A stretch of 64,000 nt of DNA from Promethearchaeia archaeon (GCA_046483985.1 JAWOCD010000056.1:16711-80710), one strand, 5' to 3'. Numbered from the stretch's first letter, positions 8,787 through 18,642 are shown. Numbers and translations: made by a program. Notes: generated by a model not told the origin, from the sequence alone.

Positions 8787-10856
8787 CTATTCGATTTTGG
8801 TTCCTGCAGATAAATCCTTATCAGGAGAGAGAACGGCAACTTTATCGCCTTCAACAGCTGCCAGCAGCATGCCTTCGCTCATGACTCCCCTTAACTCTTT
8901 TGGCTCAAGATTCGCTAGCATAACAATTCGTTTTCCTTTCAATTCTCTCGGTTCATAATAAGGTTTCAAACCCGCGGCTAAAGTACGTGTTTCATCGCCT
9001 AAATTCACAGTGAGTTTATATAGTTTATCTGCGTTAGGGACTTCTTCTACCGTTTCTACTATTGCTATCCGTAAATCAAGCTTTTGAAAATCTTCGAAAG
9101 CAGCATATTCTTTTTCTTTCTTTTTTTTACTCATCTTTTCTTGCCTCAATTTTTTCAGCTTATCTTGAATTTTCTCGATATCTAATTTTTCAAAAAGCGG
9201 TTCTGGTTTATTAATTTTATGACCCTCTTGTATTGCATTTTCTGTAATATCTTCCCACCGGAGTTCATTAGGTTCTTTTGAGATATTCAAATATTTTAAA
9301 ATTCTTTCGGAAGTACTGGGGATAAAAGGGGCAAGCAAGATCGCCATTCCGTATACGGCTTGGGCACATAAATTGAAAACATGTCCAGCCGCCTCTTTGT
9401 TTTTCTTAATCACATGCCATGGAGCCTTATCATTAAGATAGACATTACATTCTTTTCCGAAAGTAGTTATCTCTCTTAGGGCTTTTTTTAATTCAAACTT
9501 TTTAAGTAAGAGACTAACCTCTTTCTGGGTCTCAACTATCGAATCAATAAATTGTATATCCCGCTCATCATTGGTTAACTTTTTAGGTACTTTCCTATCA
9601 AATCGGTCTTCAATAAATGTCAACGTCCTATGAATGAAATTTCCAATATTGTCGTTCAAGATCTTAACATTATTCTCAAACTCTGACCATAGAAAGGAGG
9701 TATCGCTTTTCTCTGGTCTATTAATAATTAAATTAAATCTCCAATAGTCAACGGGAGCTAATTTTAACGCGTCATCTATCCAGATCCCCACTCCTCGAGA
9801 CTTGGAAAACTTATCATTTTCATACATCAAAAATTCTGTTGAGGATACATTATACGGGAGAACTAATTGATCAGCCGGTTGTTTATTCTTATTATATGCT
9901 AAAATAAGTCCCGGAAAAACAATTAAATGAAAGATTATATTGTCTTTTCCTATGAAATATACCGATTTAGTATCTTCGTCCTTCCAGAAATAATCAAATT
10001 TATCCGGATCTTTTTTAATCTTATCAGCCCATTCTTTGACCGCAGAAATGTACCCTAAAACTGCCTCAAACCATACATAAATACTTTTCTGATCCGCTCC
10101 TTCAAAAGGTGCGGGGATTCCCCATTCAAGGTCCCGTGTTATTGCTCGCTCCGGAATTCCTTCCTTAATACTGTTAAGACACATTTGACGAGCATTTTGG
10201 GGGATGATATTATTATCTTTAATCAAATCTTCTAATTTATTTTGAAGTTTAGGAAAATCCATATACCAATGTTTTGTTTGTCTCACTTCCGGTCGGTTCC
10301 CACAGATGGCACATCTTGGTTCCTTTAATTCCAATGGGGTTAAAATCTTACCGCATTCCGGATTGTCACATTGATCTCCTCGTGCCCCTTCATATCCACA
10401 ATAAGGACAAGTCCCTTCCACGAATCTATCCGGGAGATACAAATTACACGTCTTACAATACAAGGAATCAATCTCTTTTTCCTTTACATATCCATTTTTT
10501 TGCACATCCAGATAAAAATTCTGCACATAATCTATGTGCGTTGAATTATGGGTCTGGGTGTAATTATCGTAAGAGATTCTCCATTTTTTGAATAATTTTT
10601 TTATTTTCTTATGATTTTTTTTTGCCAATTCTTCTGCAGGAAGCGATAGTTTTTTAGCAGTTACCGCAACTGGCGTACCGTGCATGTCGGAGCCAGAAAC
10701 AAATACTATATCGTCACCTTGCAATCTACAATAACGTGCAAAGACATCGGCTGATAAAACGCTCCCAATCAAATTTCCGAGATGAGGAATTGCATTCACA
10801 TATGGCCAAGCACTCGTAACAATCCATTTTTGCTTTTTAGTTTCTTTTTCTGTCAT
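8787..10856 (-). CDS. metG: Methionyl-tRNA synthetase with C-terminal tRNA-binding (Trbp111/EMAPII-like) domain
   Basis: 689 aa. Has the class I motifs PYVNAIPHLGN (HIGH-type) and KFSKSRG (KMSKS), Zn knuckles CPYCG...CDNPECG and CAICG, and the C-terminal tRNA_bind block LDLRIA.V..VE.VPNADKLYKL.V. Confidence 0.95.
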   Translation of the reverse strand: MTEKETKKQKWIVTSAWPYVNAIPHLGNLIGSVLSADVFARYCRLQGDDIVFVSGSDMHGTPVAVTAKKLSLPAEELAKKNHKKIKKLFKKWRISYDNYTQTHNSTHIDYVQNFYLDVQKNGYVKEKEIDSLYCKTCNLYLPDRFVEGTCPYCGYEGARGDQCDNPECGKILTPLELKEPRCAICGNRPEVRQTKHWYMDFPKLQNKLEDLIKDNNIIPQNARQMCLNSIKEGIPERAITRDLEWGIPAPFEGADQKSIYVWFEAVLGYISAVKEWADKIKKDPDKFDYFWKDEDTKSVYFIGKDNIIFHLIVFPGLILAYNKNKQPADQLVLPYNVSSTEFLMYENDKFSKSRGVGIWIDDALKLAPVDYWRFNLIINRPEKSDTSFLWSEFENNVKILNDNIGNFIHRTLTFIEDRFDRKVPKKLTNDERDIQFIDSIVETQKEVSLLLKKFELKKALREITTFGKECNVYLNDKAPWHVIKKNKEAAGHVFNLCAQAVYGMAILLAPFIPSTSERILKYLNISKEPNELRWEDITENAIQEGHKINKPEPLFEKLDIEKIQDKLKKLRQEKMSKKKKEKEYAAFEDFQKLDLRIAIVETVEEVPNADKLYKLTVNLGDETRTLAAGLKPYYEPRELKGKRIVMLANLEPKELRGVMSEGMLLAAVEGDKVAVLSPDKDLSAGTKIE

Positions 10857-10951
10857 CTTTAAACGACCACTTTCACAATTTAAACTTAAATCATTCTTAA
10901 AGCATATAGAGATATTTCTTGATATAAAGGCTTAATCCTTTTTAGTTTTTT

Positions 10952-12154
10952 TCACTCATTCTCAAAACTAATTTTTCTCCCGCATTTTCGGCAAGCCCTC
11001 ACCTCTTTATAAACCTCCTGAAGGCAAGGTTCATGATAATACACTCCGCAATTCTCACACTGGAAGACTTTATACTCTCCGAGGAAAATACTACGACAAT
11101 AAACACAAGAGGCATTTATTTCATCTAGTTTATTTTCTGGAATTCTTCGCATTTTAGTGGTGTCTACTTGATCTTCATCAATAATCTGAATTTTCTGTCC
11201 ATTTTCCTTGGTTTTTCTACTTTTTGACTTATTTAAGAGTTTTAATGCCGATTTGGGAATTTCAATAAGAAAATAGCAAAAAGGACACCGAAGCACATGT
11301 TTATCATATTCTGATTTCTTAGCCCATCCCGCCGCGCATGATAAGTGCATAGGTCTGTCACATTGAGGACAAAATCGACCTTCGGTGTAAAAATCTGCAT
11401 TGGTAATGGGTGATTTTGACATATGACATATTTGACATTTTTGTTTTTCTTTAGATTTTGCTCTCATCATTTCCCGTATCTCCATCACAGTCGGTCTTCT
11501 GAGTTCAAGTGCAATCCCTTTTACGAGAGGAGGGATTTCCTGTTGTTCTGATTGAGAAAAATAATCTTCGGTAGATTGGAGATTCTTTTTTGAGGCAAAG
11601 GCTTCGCCTGCGGTTAAAATAGCTTTAGTATTGGTAAAATAACCATATTCCCCACTCGTTTTATCGGCAATTTTTTTTAGAGTACTTGTCTTGTAATCTT
11701 GTGTTTTTCCAAGTTGACAAGTATCGATAAATATCCCAAGCCCCTTGGCGATTTTGAGCATTTTATCCAGTTCTTTGGATTCATAATTTAATTTATTATC
11801 GCTAATAATGAAGATTCTGTGGACACGTCCTCCAAGCTTTCGCATTTCTGAAACCAGGAGTTGAAGAGAAAACGCTATACCTTCATGAATCTTCCCTTTT
11901 CCTGAGATTTTTATCTTACTTAATGCTTCGGTTACACTATCCCCATTATAGGAGAATTTAGATAGTTTTTTCGTAATTTTTCCGAAAATAACTAATGCAA
12001 TTCTATCTTTTTGATCTATGGAAAATTTGGTATTGACAAAATTATTTATTGCTTTAGCGGCGACGGATAATCGTCTCGGTTTAAAATCTTTCCTAAGCAT
12101 GGACCTTGAAGTATCCAATAACACTACGGTATCTTCCGTCTTATAATCTTGCAA
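10952..12154 (-). CDS. vWA-domain protein with two C-terminal C4HC3 (PHD/RING-like) zinc fingers
   Basis: 400 aa. The N-terminal vWA domain has the MIDAS motif DTSRSM. Finger 1 (nt 11276-11437) is C-x2-C-x18-C-x2-C-x4-H-x2-C-x16-C-x2-C. Finger 2 (nt 10982-11107) is C-x2-C-x12-C-x2-C-x4-H-x2-C-x10-C-x2-C and includes CENCGVYYHEPCL. Confidence 0.7.
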   Translation of the reverse strand: MQDYKTEDTVVLLDTSRSMLRKDFKPRRLSVAAKAINNFVNTKFSIDQKDRIALVIFGKITKKLSKFSYNGDSVTEALSKIKISGKGKIHEGIAFSLQLLVSEMRKLGGRVHRIFIISDNKLNYESKELDKMLKIAKGLGIFIDTCQLGKTQDYKTSTLKKIADKTSGEYGYFTNTKAILTAGEAFASKKNLQSTEDYFSQSEQQEIPPLVKGIALELRRPTVMEIREMMRAKSKEKQKCQICHMSKSPITNADFYTEGRFCPQCDRPMHLSCAAGWAKKSEYDKHVLRCPFCYFLIEIPKSALKLLNKSKSRKTKENGQKIQIIDEDQVDTTKMRRIPENKLDEINASCVYCRSIFLGEYKVFQCENCGVYYHEPCLQEVYKEVRACRKCGRKISFENE

Positions 12155-12220
12155 GCTAACTCGTATTAGATATTTTTCTATATGATATATTAATTATGTT
12201 ATATCAATTTATTCTTAATC

Positions 12221-12275
12221 GAACTACTCACGCTTGAAGGCATGAGATTCGTACTCCCTAATGCGAAATACACGC
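12221..12275. repeat. Conserved non-coding hairpin element, type A (paralogue at 59771-59828)
   Basis: gaactaCTCAcgcttgaaggcaTGAGattcgtactccctaatgcg..cacgc aligns with 59771-59828. The stem is ctca/tgag here and ccac/gtgg there. Confidence 0.6.
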
Positions 12276-12348
12276 ACTAGATAATATGGGATGGGTCTGT
12301 TGTTTATTTAGTTTCAATTCTAAAGTATTAGTCCGAAGCATACATTTT

Positions 12349-12474
12349 ATATAGGGTTTCCGTTATTTAAATCTTTTGGTTAAGGCGGTTCTTGGGCTAA
12401 AATTAGGGCAAAATTCAACCTCGCCCTAAAGATGGGGTATTCTTTTGCCTTTAATGATTAAATCTTATAAAAAT
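12349..12474. repeat. Conserved non-coding hairpin element, type C copy 1 (copies at 33598-33690 and 61107-61207)
   Basis: Near-identical blocks are shared with 61107-61207: atatag.gttt.cgttatttaa, ggctaaaattag and ggtattcttttgcctttaatgat. The inner hairpin is cctcg-ccctaaaga-tgggg (12419-12437). It is enclosed by ggcaaaa (12407-12413) and ttttgcc (12443-12449). Confidence 0.65.
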
Positions 12475-13844
12475 CATGATTTAGAAGAGTTATTCAAAAA
12501 ATCATAGGCAAATAATGCATAGACCTTAATACCATTAATAAAATCTTCGATTTCTATATATTCATCTATCGCATGAGCAGTTTGTGCACTCCCAGGGCCT
12601 AGCAAAACAGTCTGAGGACAGAATCCGCTATTTCGCAGATAATGAGCATCCGCACATGCGGGATAAATAAAATAGAATGGCGTTCTTCCATATACCTCTT
12701 CTAATATGTCATAGAGATTATTAAGATCCTCTGAATCTTCCCAATTCTCCCAGTACGATCCTTCGGATTGATGGAATATATCAATATACACAAACACTTC
12801 ATCGGATTTACCCGTTGGTTCACTTTTAACCGGATATCCAAGATCTTCTATTAATTGCTTGAGTGCGTCGATAACATTCTTCGGGTCTTGTCCAGGTAAA
12901 AGACGAAAATCAATAATTGCTTCACAATTATCGGGAATCACGTTTTCTTTAATACCCCCTTCGATTATATTCAAACTCTTGGTAAACTTCGTTAAAGATT
13001 TAACAACATTTTGTAATAACGGTTGAGAATTAAAGATATTTTCAAATATATCTCTTTTTGGAAATGCCACACTTATTAGATCTTTTATTTCTTCTTGCGT
13101 TAACGGGGGGCTGACCTCTTTAATCAAGACATCTAATCGATCAAGATTTTGAATTATATCACTCATCATATATATTGCATTTTCTCCGAGAAAAGGAGTA
13201 GAAGAATGGCATGAGACACCATTAGTCACCAATCGGAGCTGTAAATGGCCCTTTTCACCAAGAACTATCGCTTTGGGGAGAGGAGATAATCCGGTTGGTT
13301 CACCGATCACACAAAAATCGCACTCAATTTGCCTTTTTTTGAAAATATTCTCAACTGACCATCCAGTTCCCAAATTTCCCCCGCTCTCCTCATCACATAC
13401 ACAATTAAGGATAAGATTCCCAGACGGGTTAAAATCCAATTTTTTCAAAATACTTAAAGAAATTGCCATTGCAGTAAGGCCTCCCTTCATATCTGCCGCA
13501 CCTCTTCCATAGATATACTTATTTCTTTTTTTATGGGCTGAAAGTGGCGGATTTTTCCATTCCCCTTCCGCACCCGCCGGGACCACATCCATATGTCCGT
13601 TAAACAAAAGATTTCTCTTTTGCGTGTTTTCATTTAGAAAGGCGACCAAATTTGCACGATTTTCTCTCAATGGAAATAGTTCACAGGAAATGTCTGCATC
13701 TTCGAAAAACTGCTGCAATACTACTGCTACATTTTTCTCGTTTCCTGGTGGATTATAGGAATCCGTTTGAACTATCTCTCTGAAAAATTTAATATATTCC
13801 GCTCTATTCTTCTCAATTTCGTCTAAAATATCCTTTTTTTCCAT
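12474..13844 (-). CDS. M20-family metallopeptidase (ArgE/DapE/acetylornithine deacetylase-like)
   Basis: 456 aa. Has the motifs NGHMDVVPAG, YGRGAADMKGG and CDEESGG typical of M20 dinuclear-zinc peptidases. Confidence 0.85.
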   Translation of the reverse strand: MEKKDILDEIEKNRAEYIKFFREIVQTDSYNPPGNEKNVAVVLQQFFEDADISCELFPLRENRANLVAFLNENTQKRNLLFNGHMDVVPAGAEGEWKNPPLSAHKKRNKYIYGRGAADMKGGLTAMAISLSILKKLDFNPSGNLILNCVCDEESGGNLGTGWSVENIFKKRQIECDFCVIGEPTGLSPLPKAIVLGEKGHLQLRLVTNGVSCHSSTPFLGENAIYMMSDIIQNLDRLDVLIKEVSPPLTQEEIKDLISVAFPKRDIFENIFNSQPLLQNVVKSLTKFTKSLNIIEGGIKENVIPDNCEAIIDFRLLPGQDPKNVIDALKQLIEDLGYPVKSEPTGKSDEVFVYIDIFHQSEGSYWENWEDSEDLNNLYDILEEVYGRTPFYFIYPACADAHYLRNSGFCPQTVLLGPGSAQTAHAIDEYIEIEDFINGIKVYALFAYDFLNNSSKS

Positions 13845-14077
13845 TTTTTTCCCTCAATCGGGTGAATATCACAAATAATATTAATTTAGTTAAAAGTTTT
13901 AAAAATTTTATTTTTAAGCAAAAAAACTCAATAGATATAATTCAGTATACTTAAAAATATTGCAAAGTATTTTATTGATTTTGATATTTCAAATCATATT
14001 TCCATGAGACAATAAATTTTAATATATTTAGATTATTTTATAACAACAAATTAAAAGAATCGCATGGTTGTATCTCA

Positions 14078-17000
14078 TTGATTCGACATAAATATGGAAA
14101 AAAAGCATTTATTGTAACGGCTTGTGTCATTTTTTTAATCGTTTTTTCAAGTATAGGAAATTTTTCAAATCTTTCTAATAATAAACCTCCTATAGCTAAT
14201 GATAAGAGCCAAAGGGTAAATGATGATAAATTGGTTAGTGCTGCCCCCGATGATCTTGAGGGGTCTATTACTGGACAAGGAGAAAATCAAACAGTAAGAT
14301 TTTATATGGATAATAACTCAAAGAGTTATGATAATTCCGGTTATTTTGAAATTCCCGCACCCGCAAACAAGATGAAACTCAATAAGGGAGATTTCAATTT
14401 TACGTTCCAAAATAATTACACCACAGAGTATGAGTTAGAAGATACTAATGCGTTAAATCCGAGTGGGGACAAAATACTGTTTACCTCTGAAGCTTCGAAT
14501 TTAGACTATACCCCTGGAATGAATTTAACGAATGTTGATATAGCAAACATAACAGATGGAGAAGATGATACTTACTTCACCCTCAATTCAACCTCCGAAG
14601 GGAATATCACCTTAGAAGTTGACGCAAACTTTACTGATTCAGAATCTAAAGATTTTTCTTTCAATAGGAGTAGAATTATTGCCTTATTAACACAGTTAGA
14701 TTATAATCTGAGCGCCCACGCTAACCTTACTCTTCAAGCAAAAGATGACAGTGGATGGGCTACGATTATCTCGAATCAAGAAGTCAATTCCAGTTCAAAT
14801 CCTCAAGAATTGGACGAGAATTGGACGAATAAAAATCTAAAATATATTAACGAAAATAATAGTGCAACCATTCGATTTATTTTCAATAGATCTGATACTA
14901 CAGAATTCAATGCTACTTTTACTGAATTTAAATTAGATGCCCAGCAAGTATTTGAACTCCCTATTACAAAAGATAGGTATCCCGCCCTCGAATTCGATCT
15001 GAAAGGGTCGAAATCAAAAACGACGGTCAATGGGTTTTATGCTTGGATTCGGACTCTAAATGTGACCGAAGCCCAGAATTCAGTATTAAATATTTCCTTG
15101 TATAGAGCGAATGAGACAATTAACCGAGATGAAAATAATCATCCCGAAGATTATGATAATATTCGGCCAAACTGTAGCCAGAAAATAGATTCTTTCCATC
15201 TAGAGAATTACACCAACGATGGTTTCGAATATTTCGAGTTTAATCAAGAAAATTCGGCAAATTTGAGTTTAGATAATTACTTTATCGTGGTTAAATCAAA
15301 CAATTCAGAACAAGCTTATAGTGTTGTCACTATTCCAGATAAAGATTACGGAGATGAAGCTTACGAACATGTCTTAAAAGAGACAGAAGATGACGGTGAT
15401 ACTTGGAGTGAGGCAGAAGTAGATAGTTATGATGGTCTTGATGTTAGTCAGTTTAAATTAAACATCACTCGTGGTTATATGCCTTCTGATTTTAACATAG
15501 ATGGTAACGAAACACTACAGATTCAAAATAAATCTGTAGTAAACCAAATTTATGAACATTCTGGAAGTTCCGATGAGAAATGGGGTATCGGCAGGTGGAC
15601 TCATTCATTTCCAGAGCCCATTTTAAACAATTCTGAACGTAAGTTTCCCGTCAATTTAACGTGGGATACGTCAATAACGAAACAGTTCAAGTTTAATGTC
15701 TCCTATGATGTGGAAGCCTTTAGAAGGGAAAATGCAACCTCCTATTACAACGTTTCATACGATGATATTCCAAGATGGAGTCTCAATTATTCCTTGGAAC
15801 AAGAAAAATTCGATGATTGGAACCTCACTCAGTTCCAGTATATATTTCCAAATTTCTATGAGGCACATAACCTCTTTAACCCTATTGGTGAGGATATTTA
15901 TGATGAAGTGGAGAACGCAACCCAATTTCCAGAGAACACTCTGTTCAAATATCTCACTGTTACCAAAGAGGTTGTTCTTGATTATGGGGATGGGGATTAT
16001 AGTCTGAATTTGACAAGCCCGAAAGACATCATAAATGGAATGCAGAGCTATAATAATTATAATGGAACATTATGGGAAACTCAAGGATTTATGTATGGAG
16101 ATAATATCTCCACTCATCTTGATGTTTCCTATAATGGTAATGCCCCTAATCCGGGGAATACAAAGGCAAATGTTTCATTATTTTTTCCGAACGGGAGTCT
16201 TTACTCGGGAAAGGATTTATTTTCTACTGAGGGGTATACAGACGAGGAGAAAACTAATCTTATCTACAATTTTTCCGATAACACCATTCTTAATGTAACT
16301 GAGAATATCCCAGAACCAGGGAGATATTATTTGGGATTTTTTTGGACTAACGGCTCAATGGTAGAATGTAGAAAGAAAGAAATTTACATTGATTCCTATG
16401 ACGTAACGGATATGGACTTAGACTATGTTTCGAAGCTTGAATCTAATGTTTTTTCAGCTAATCTTGATAGACCTTCAGAAGACATCCCCCACAATATATT
16501 GCTTGCCACAGTAAATGAAACAACAGGAAATTATCGCCCCGATCATTATCCTATTGATATTTCTGAAATAGATGAACAATACGAGTGGGATAATTTGCCT
16601 ATACGATTAAAATCCTTTAAACAAAACGAGAGTGTTCTTAATCCCGAGGAGAAAATTAATTATCAAATTGAGATGCAAAACCAAGATACGTTGCTTGATG
16701 GACTTAACATTAAAGTTAAAGTAAAATTAGTTTCTCTCTTAAATGACGAATGGATTATTGCAGAAAACACATCTGAATCCAAATATTTGAAAATGTTTGG
16801 AAGTGAAAATAATGGTGATACAGGCGTTTTTGATGTAAATCTGACAATGCCCGAATTGGAAAGTGATAATATATGGAAAGGTGTAAATGCGCCCGTAAGA
16901 AAGGGAGGCGCAAAAACAGAGGTCGAATTTTACATTGAAGGCAATAATGCGGGTGAATATACTTGTGATCAACGGGCTGTCATAATCAATGAAACCGATG

Positions 17001-18154
17001 ATGCTTTTGAAGGAGAGATTATTGGGTTGGAAACAATAGATGATACAACAGATGACCCAATTACGAAGCAAATAAACAGAGAGGATTGTCAATATAAACC
17101 AAATAAAACCACGATCATAACCAATATTTATGACAATAATTATATGAGTAGCTATAACCAACTTAAAGAAGAATTTGATTTAAAATCTCTTAGTGAATTC
17201 GAAAACGATTCGGTCACTCCTCAAACACCATTAAATGGAAAAACTTTCAATGTGAGTGCTAATTTATTGAGAGAGTTCGGAGAACCCATTAGCGGGGAAG
17301 AGGTATATTGTCAACAATATGTGAATGGTTCGTGGGTGAATATTACGGATCCCTTAAATAGCAGTGATGACGGTTCTGCAATGTTTAAAATTAATACAAA
17401 AGAACTCTATGTGGAAGAAGAATTGACCTTGAGATTTAAATGGGAAGGAAATGAAGATATTTTTGAGAATACTCTAAATTTTACGGTAGATATCGCAATT
17501 GAAGAGAATAAACTGGCAATATCTCTCTCTCGAGAAAACAATTTAGTGTACAGAAAAAAAGACGCCATTTTTCAATTCATAATAAGAAATGTAGGTAACT
17601 CAACTGTAGCAATCAATAAGATAGAGATATTCATAAGCGATGATTTACCCTATTCAATTGTTGAAAATAATTATATCAAACAAGAAAACCTCCGACCAAG
17701 CGAAAGTATCTCGTTAAAAATTAAAGTGGAAATTCCAAATCGAAAGTCTGATCTTTTAAATATTAGTATTAAAACTACAGCTACGAACCCTATATCTAAT
17801 GAAGTGATCTCCCAAGAGAGTAGGAATACCTTTACGGTTTTAGATTATCCCATATCTAATTATTTTGTGGTATATTCAACCCTATTTATTATTCTGATGT
17901 TGGCATCGATTTGGGCAGGTGCCCTAATGTATCGAAGAAAAATTAAAAGAAAAATTGAAGGACCCGTTAAAAAAGAAGAAAAAGAAGAAGAACAAGAACC
18001 CGAAGAAAAACCAGAAGGCTACAAAAAAGTCGACGAAATGAAAGAGGAAGGGGAGTCGGAAGGGAAAAGTCTAGATACCGTATTGGAAGAGGAGGAACTT
18101 TTACGGGAAAAAGAGAATAAACAGAAAAAGAAAAAATCTAAAAACGCCAAATAA
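14078..18154 (+). CDS. Large secreted/surface protein (S-layer-like), N-terminal signal anchor and C-terminal TM plus charged tail
   Basis: 1358 aa. The N-terminal hydrophobic segment is AFIVTACVIFLIVFSSIG. By manual count it has about 55-60 N-x-S/T sequons. The C-terminal TM segment is YFVVYSTLFIILMLASIWAGALMY, followed by a K/E-rich ~90-aa tail. TTG start. Confidence 0.7.
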   Translation: MIRHKYGKKAFIVTACVIFLIVFSSIGNFSNLSNNKPPIANDKSQRVNDDKLVSAAPDDLEGSITGQGENQTVRFYMDNNSKSYDNSGYFEIPAPANKMKLNKGDFNFTFQNNYTTEYELEDTNALNPSGDKILFTSEASNLDYTPGMNLTNVDIANITDGEDDTYFTLNSTSEGNITLEVDANFTDSESKDFSFNRSRIIALLTQLDYNLSAHANLTLQAKDDSGWATIISNQEVNSSSNPQELDENWTNKNLKYINENNSATIRFIFNRSDTTEFNATFTEFKLDAQQVFELPITKDRYPALEFDLKGSKSKTTVNGFYAWIRTLNVTEAQNSVLNISLYRANETINRDENNHPEDYDNIRPNCSQKIDSFHLENYTNDGFEYFEFNQENSANLSLDNYFIVVKSNNSEQAYSVVTIPDKDYGDEAYEHVLKETEDDGDTWSEAEVDSYDGLDVSQFKLNITRGYMPSDFNIDGNETLQIQNKSVVNQIYEHSGSSDEKWGIGRWTHSFPEPILNNSERKFPVNLTWDTSITKQFKFNVSYDVEAFRRENATSYYNVSYDDIPRWSLNYSLEQEKFDDWNLTQFQYIFPNFYEAHNLFNPIGEDIYDEVENATQFPENTLFKYLTVTKEVVLDYGDGDYSLNLTSPKDIINGMQSYNNYNGTLWETQGFMYGDNISTHLDVSYNGNAPNPGNTKANVSLFFPNGSLYSGKDLFSTEGYTDEEKTNLIYNFSDNTILNVTENIPEPGRYYLGFFWTNGSMVECRKKEIYIDSYDVTDMDLDYVSKLESNVFSANLDRPSEDIPHNILLATVNETTGNYRPDHYPIDISEIDEQYEWDNLPIRLKSFKQNESVLNPEEKINYQIEMQNQDTLLDGLNIKVKVKLVSLLNDEWIIAENTSESKYLKMFGSENNGDTGVFDVNLTMPELESDNIWKGVNAPVRKGGAKTEVEFYIEGNNAGEYTCDQRAVIINETDDAFEGEIIGLETIDDTTDDPITKQINREDCQYKPNKTTIITNIYDNNYMSSYNQLKEEFDLKSLSEFENDSVTPQTPLNGKTFNVSANLLREFGEPISGEEVYCQQYVNGSWVNITDPLNSSDDGSAMFKINTKELYVEEELTLRFKWEGNEDIFENTLNFTVDIAIEENKLAISLSRENNLVYRKKDAIFQFIIRNVGNSTVAINKIEIFISDDLPYSIVENNYIKQENLRPSESISLKIKVEIPNRKSDLLNISIKTTATNPISNEVISQESRNTFTVLDYPISNYFVVYSTLFIILMLASIWAGALMYRRKIKRKIEGPVKKEEKEEEQEPEEKPEGYKKVDEMKEEGESEGKSLDTVLEEEELLREKENKQKKKKSKNAK

Positions 18155-18160
18155 GCATTA

Positions 18161-18185
18161 GATCTCTTTTGAGATTACTTTTTTT
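18161..18185 (+). terminator. Hairpin plus oligo-T downstream of the surface-protein gene
   Basis: gatctc-tttt-gagat followed by a T7 run at 18179-18185, a few nt after the stop at 18154. Confidence 0.4.
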
Positions 18186-18291
18186 AATTTCAAAACACTT
18201 TTACTTTATTTATTTTCTTTCGAAAGTAAATCTCAGAATTTTTGAATTAAACGATGGACAAGTGTGAAATGAAAAAAAGAGAAAATATGAA

Positions 18292-18642
18292 TTAAGAATT
18301 TGCAATTGCATTTAATCTTCTTTTTAAGAGAGTTGCTGACGATTTACCGTCAACTCCCAACAGAGCAATAAAAATCTTCTCGTCGGTGTTTATTAATATA
18401 GCAAAACCGCCATTGTATTCAAATACTGCATTTTTCATTACGCCCTTTTCCACTCTCCCACCTAAATTACTTGAACTGTTGATTAATGAAACAGCTGCTT
18501 TTGCAATTCCTTCTAAATCACGTTCTACAAGAGTTTGTCCCACTAAAACTTGACCCTCCTTATCGGATACGATTAAACCTTCACATTCGGAAAGGTTACT
18601 CATAAGTTCGGCAAGTCTCTGTTCGAGTTCTGCTTGATCCAT
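18292..18642 (-). CDS. Roadblock/LC7 (MglB-like) domain protein
   Basis: 116 aa. Shows the pattern EGLIVSDKEGQVLVGQ...AAVSLINSS...GGFAILINTDEKIFIALLG typical of Roadblock/LC7 proteins. Confidence 0.75.
   Translation of the reverse strand: MDQAELEQRLAELMSNLSECEGLIVSDKEGQVLVGQTLVERDLEGIAKAAVSLINSSSNLGGRVEKGVMKNAVFEYNGGFAILINTDEKIFIALLGVDGKSSATLLKRRLNAIANS

Noticed and set aside
12455-12474. aatgatta / aatgataa at the 3' end of the C-type elements as a C box of a C/D-box sRNA
   Set aside because: It is one mismatch from RUGAUGA, and no CUGA D or D' box lies at the required spacing downstream in any of the three copies.
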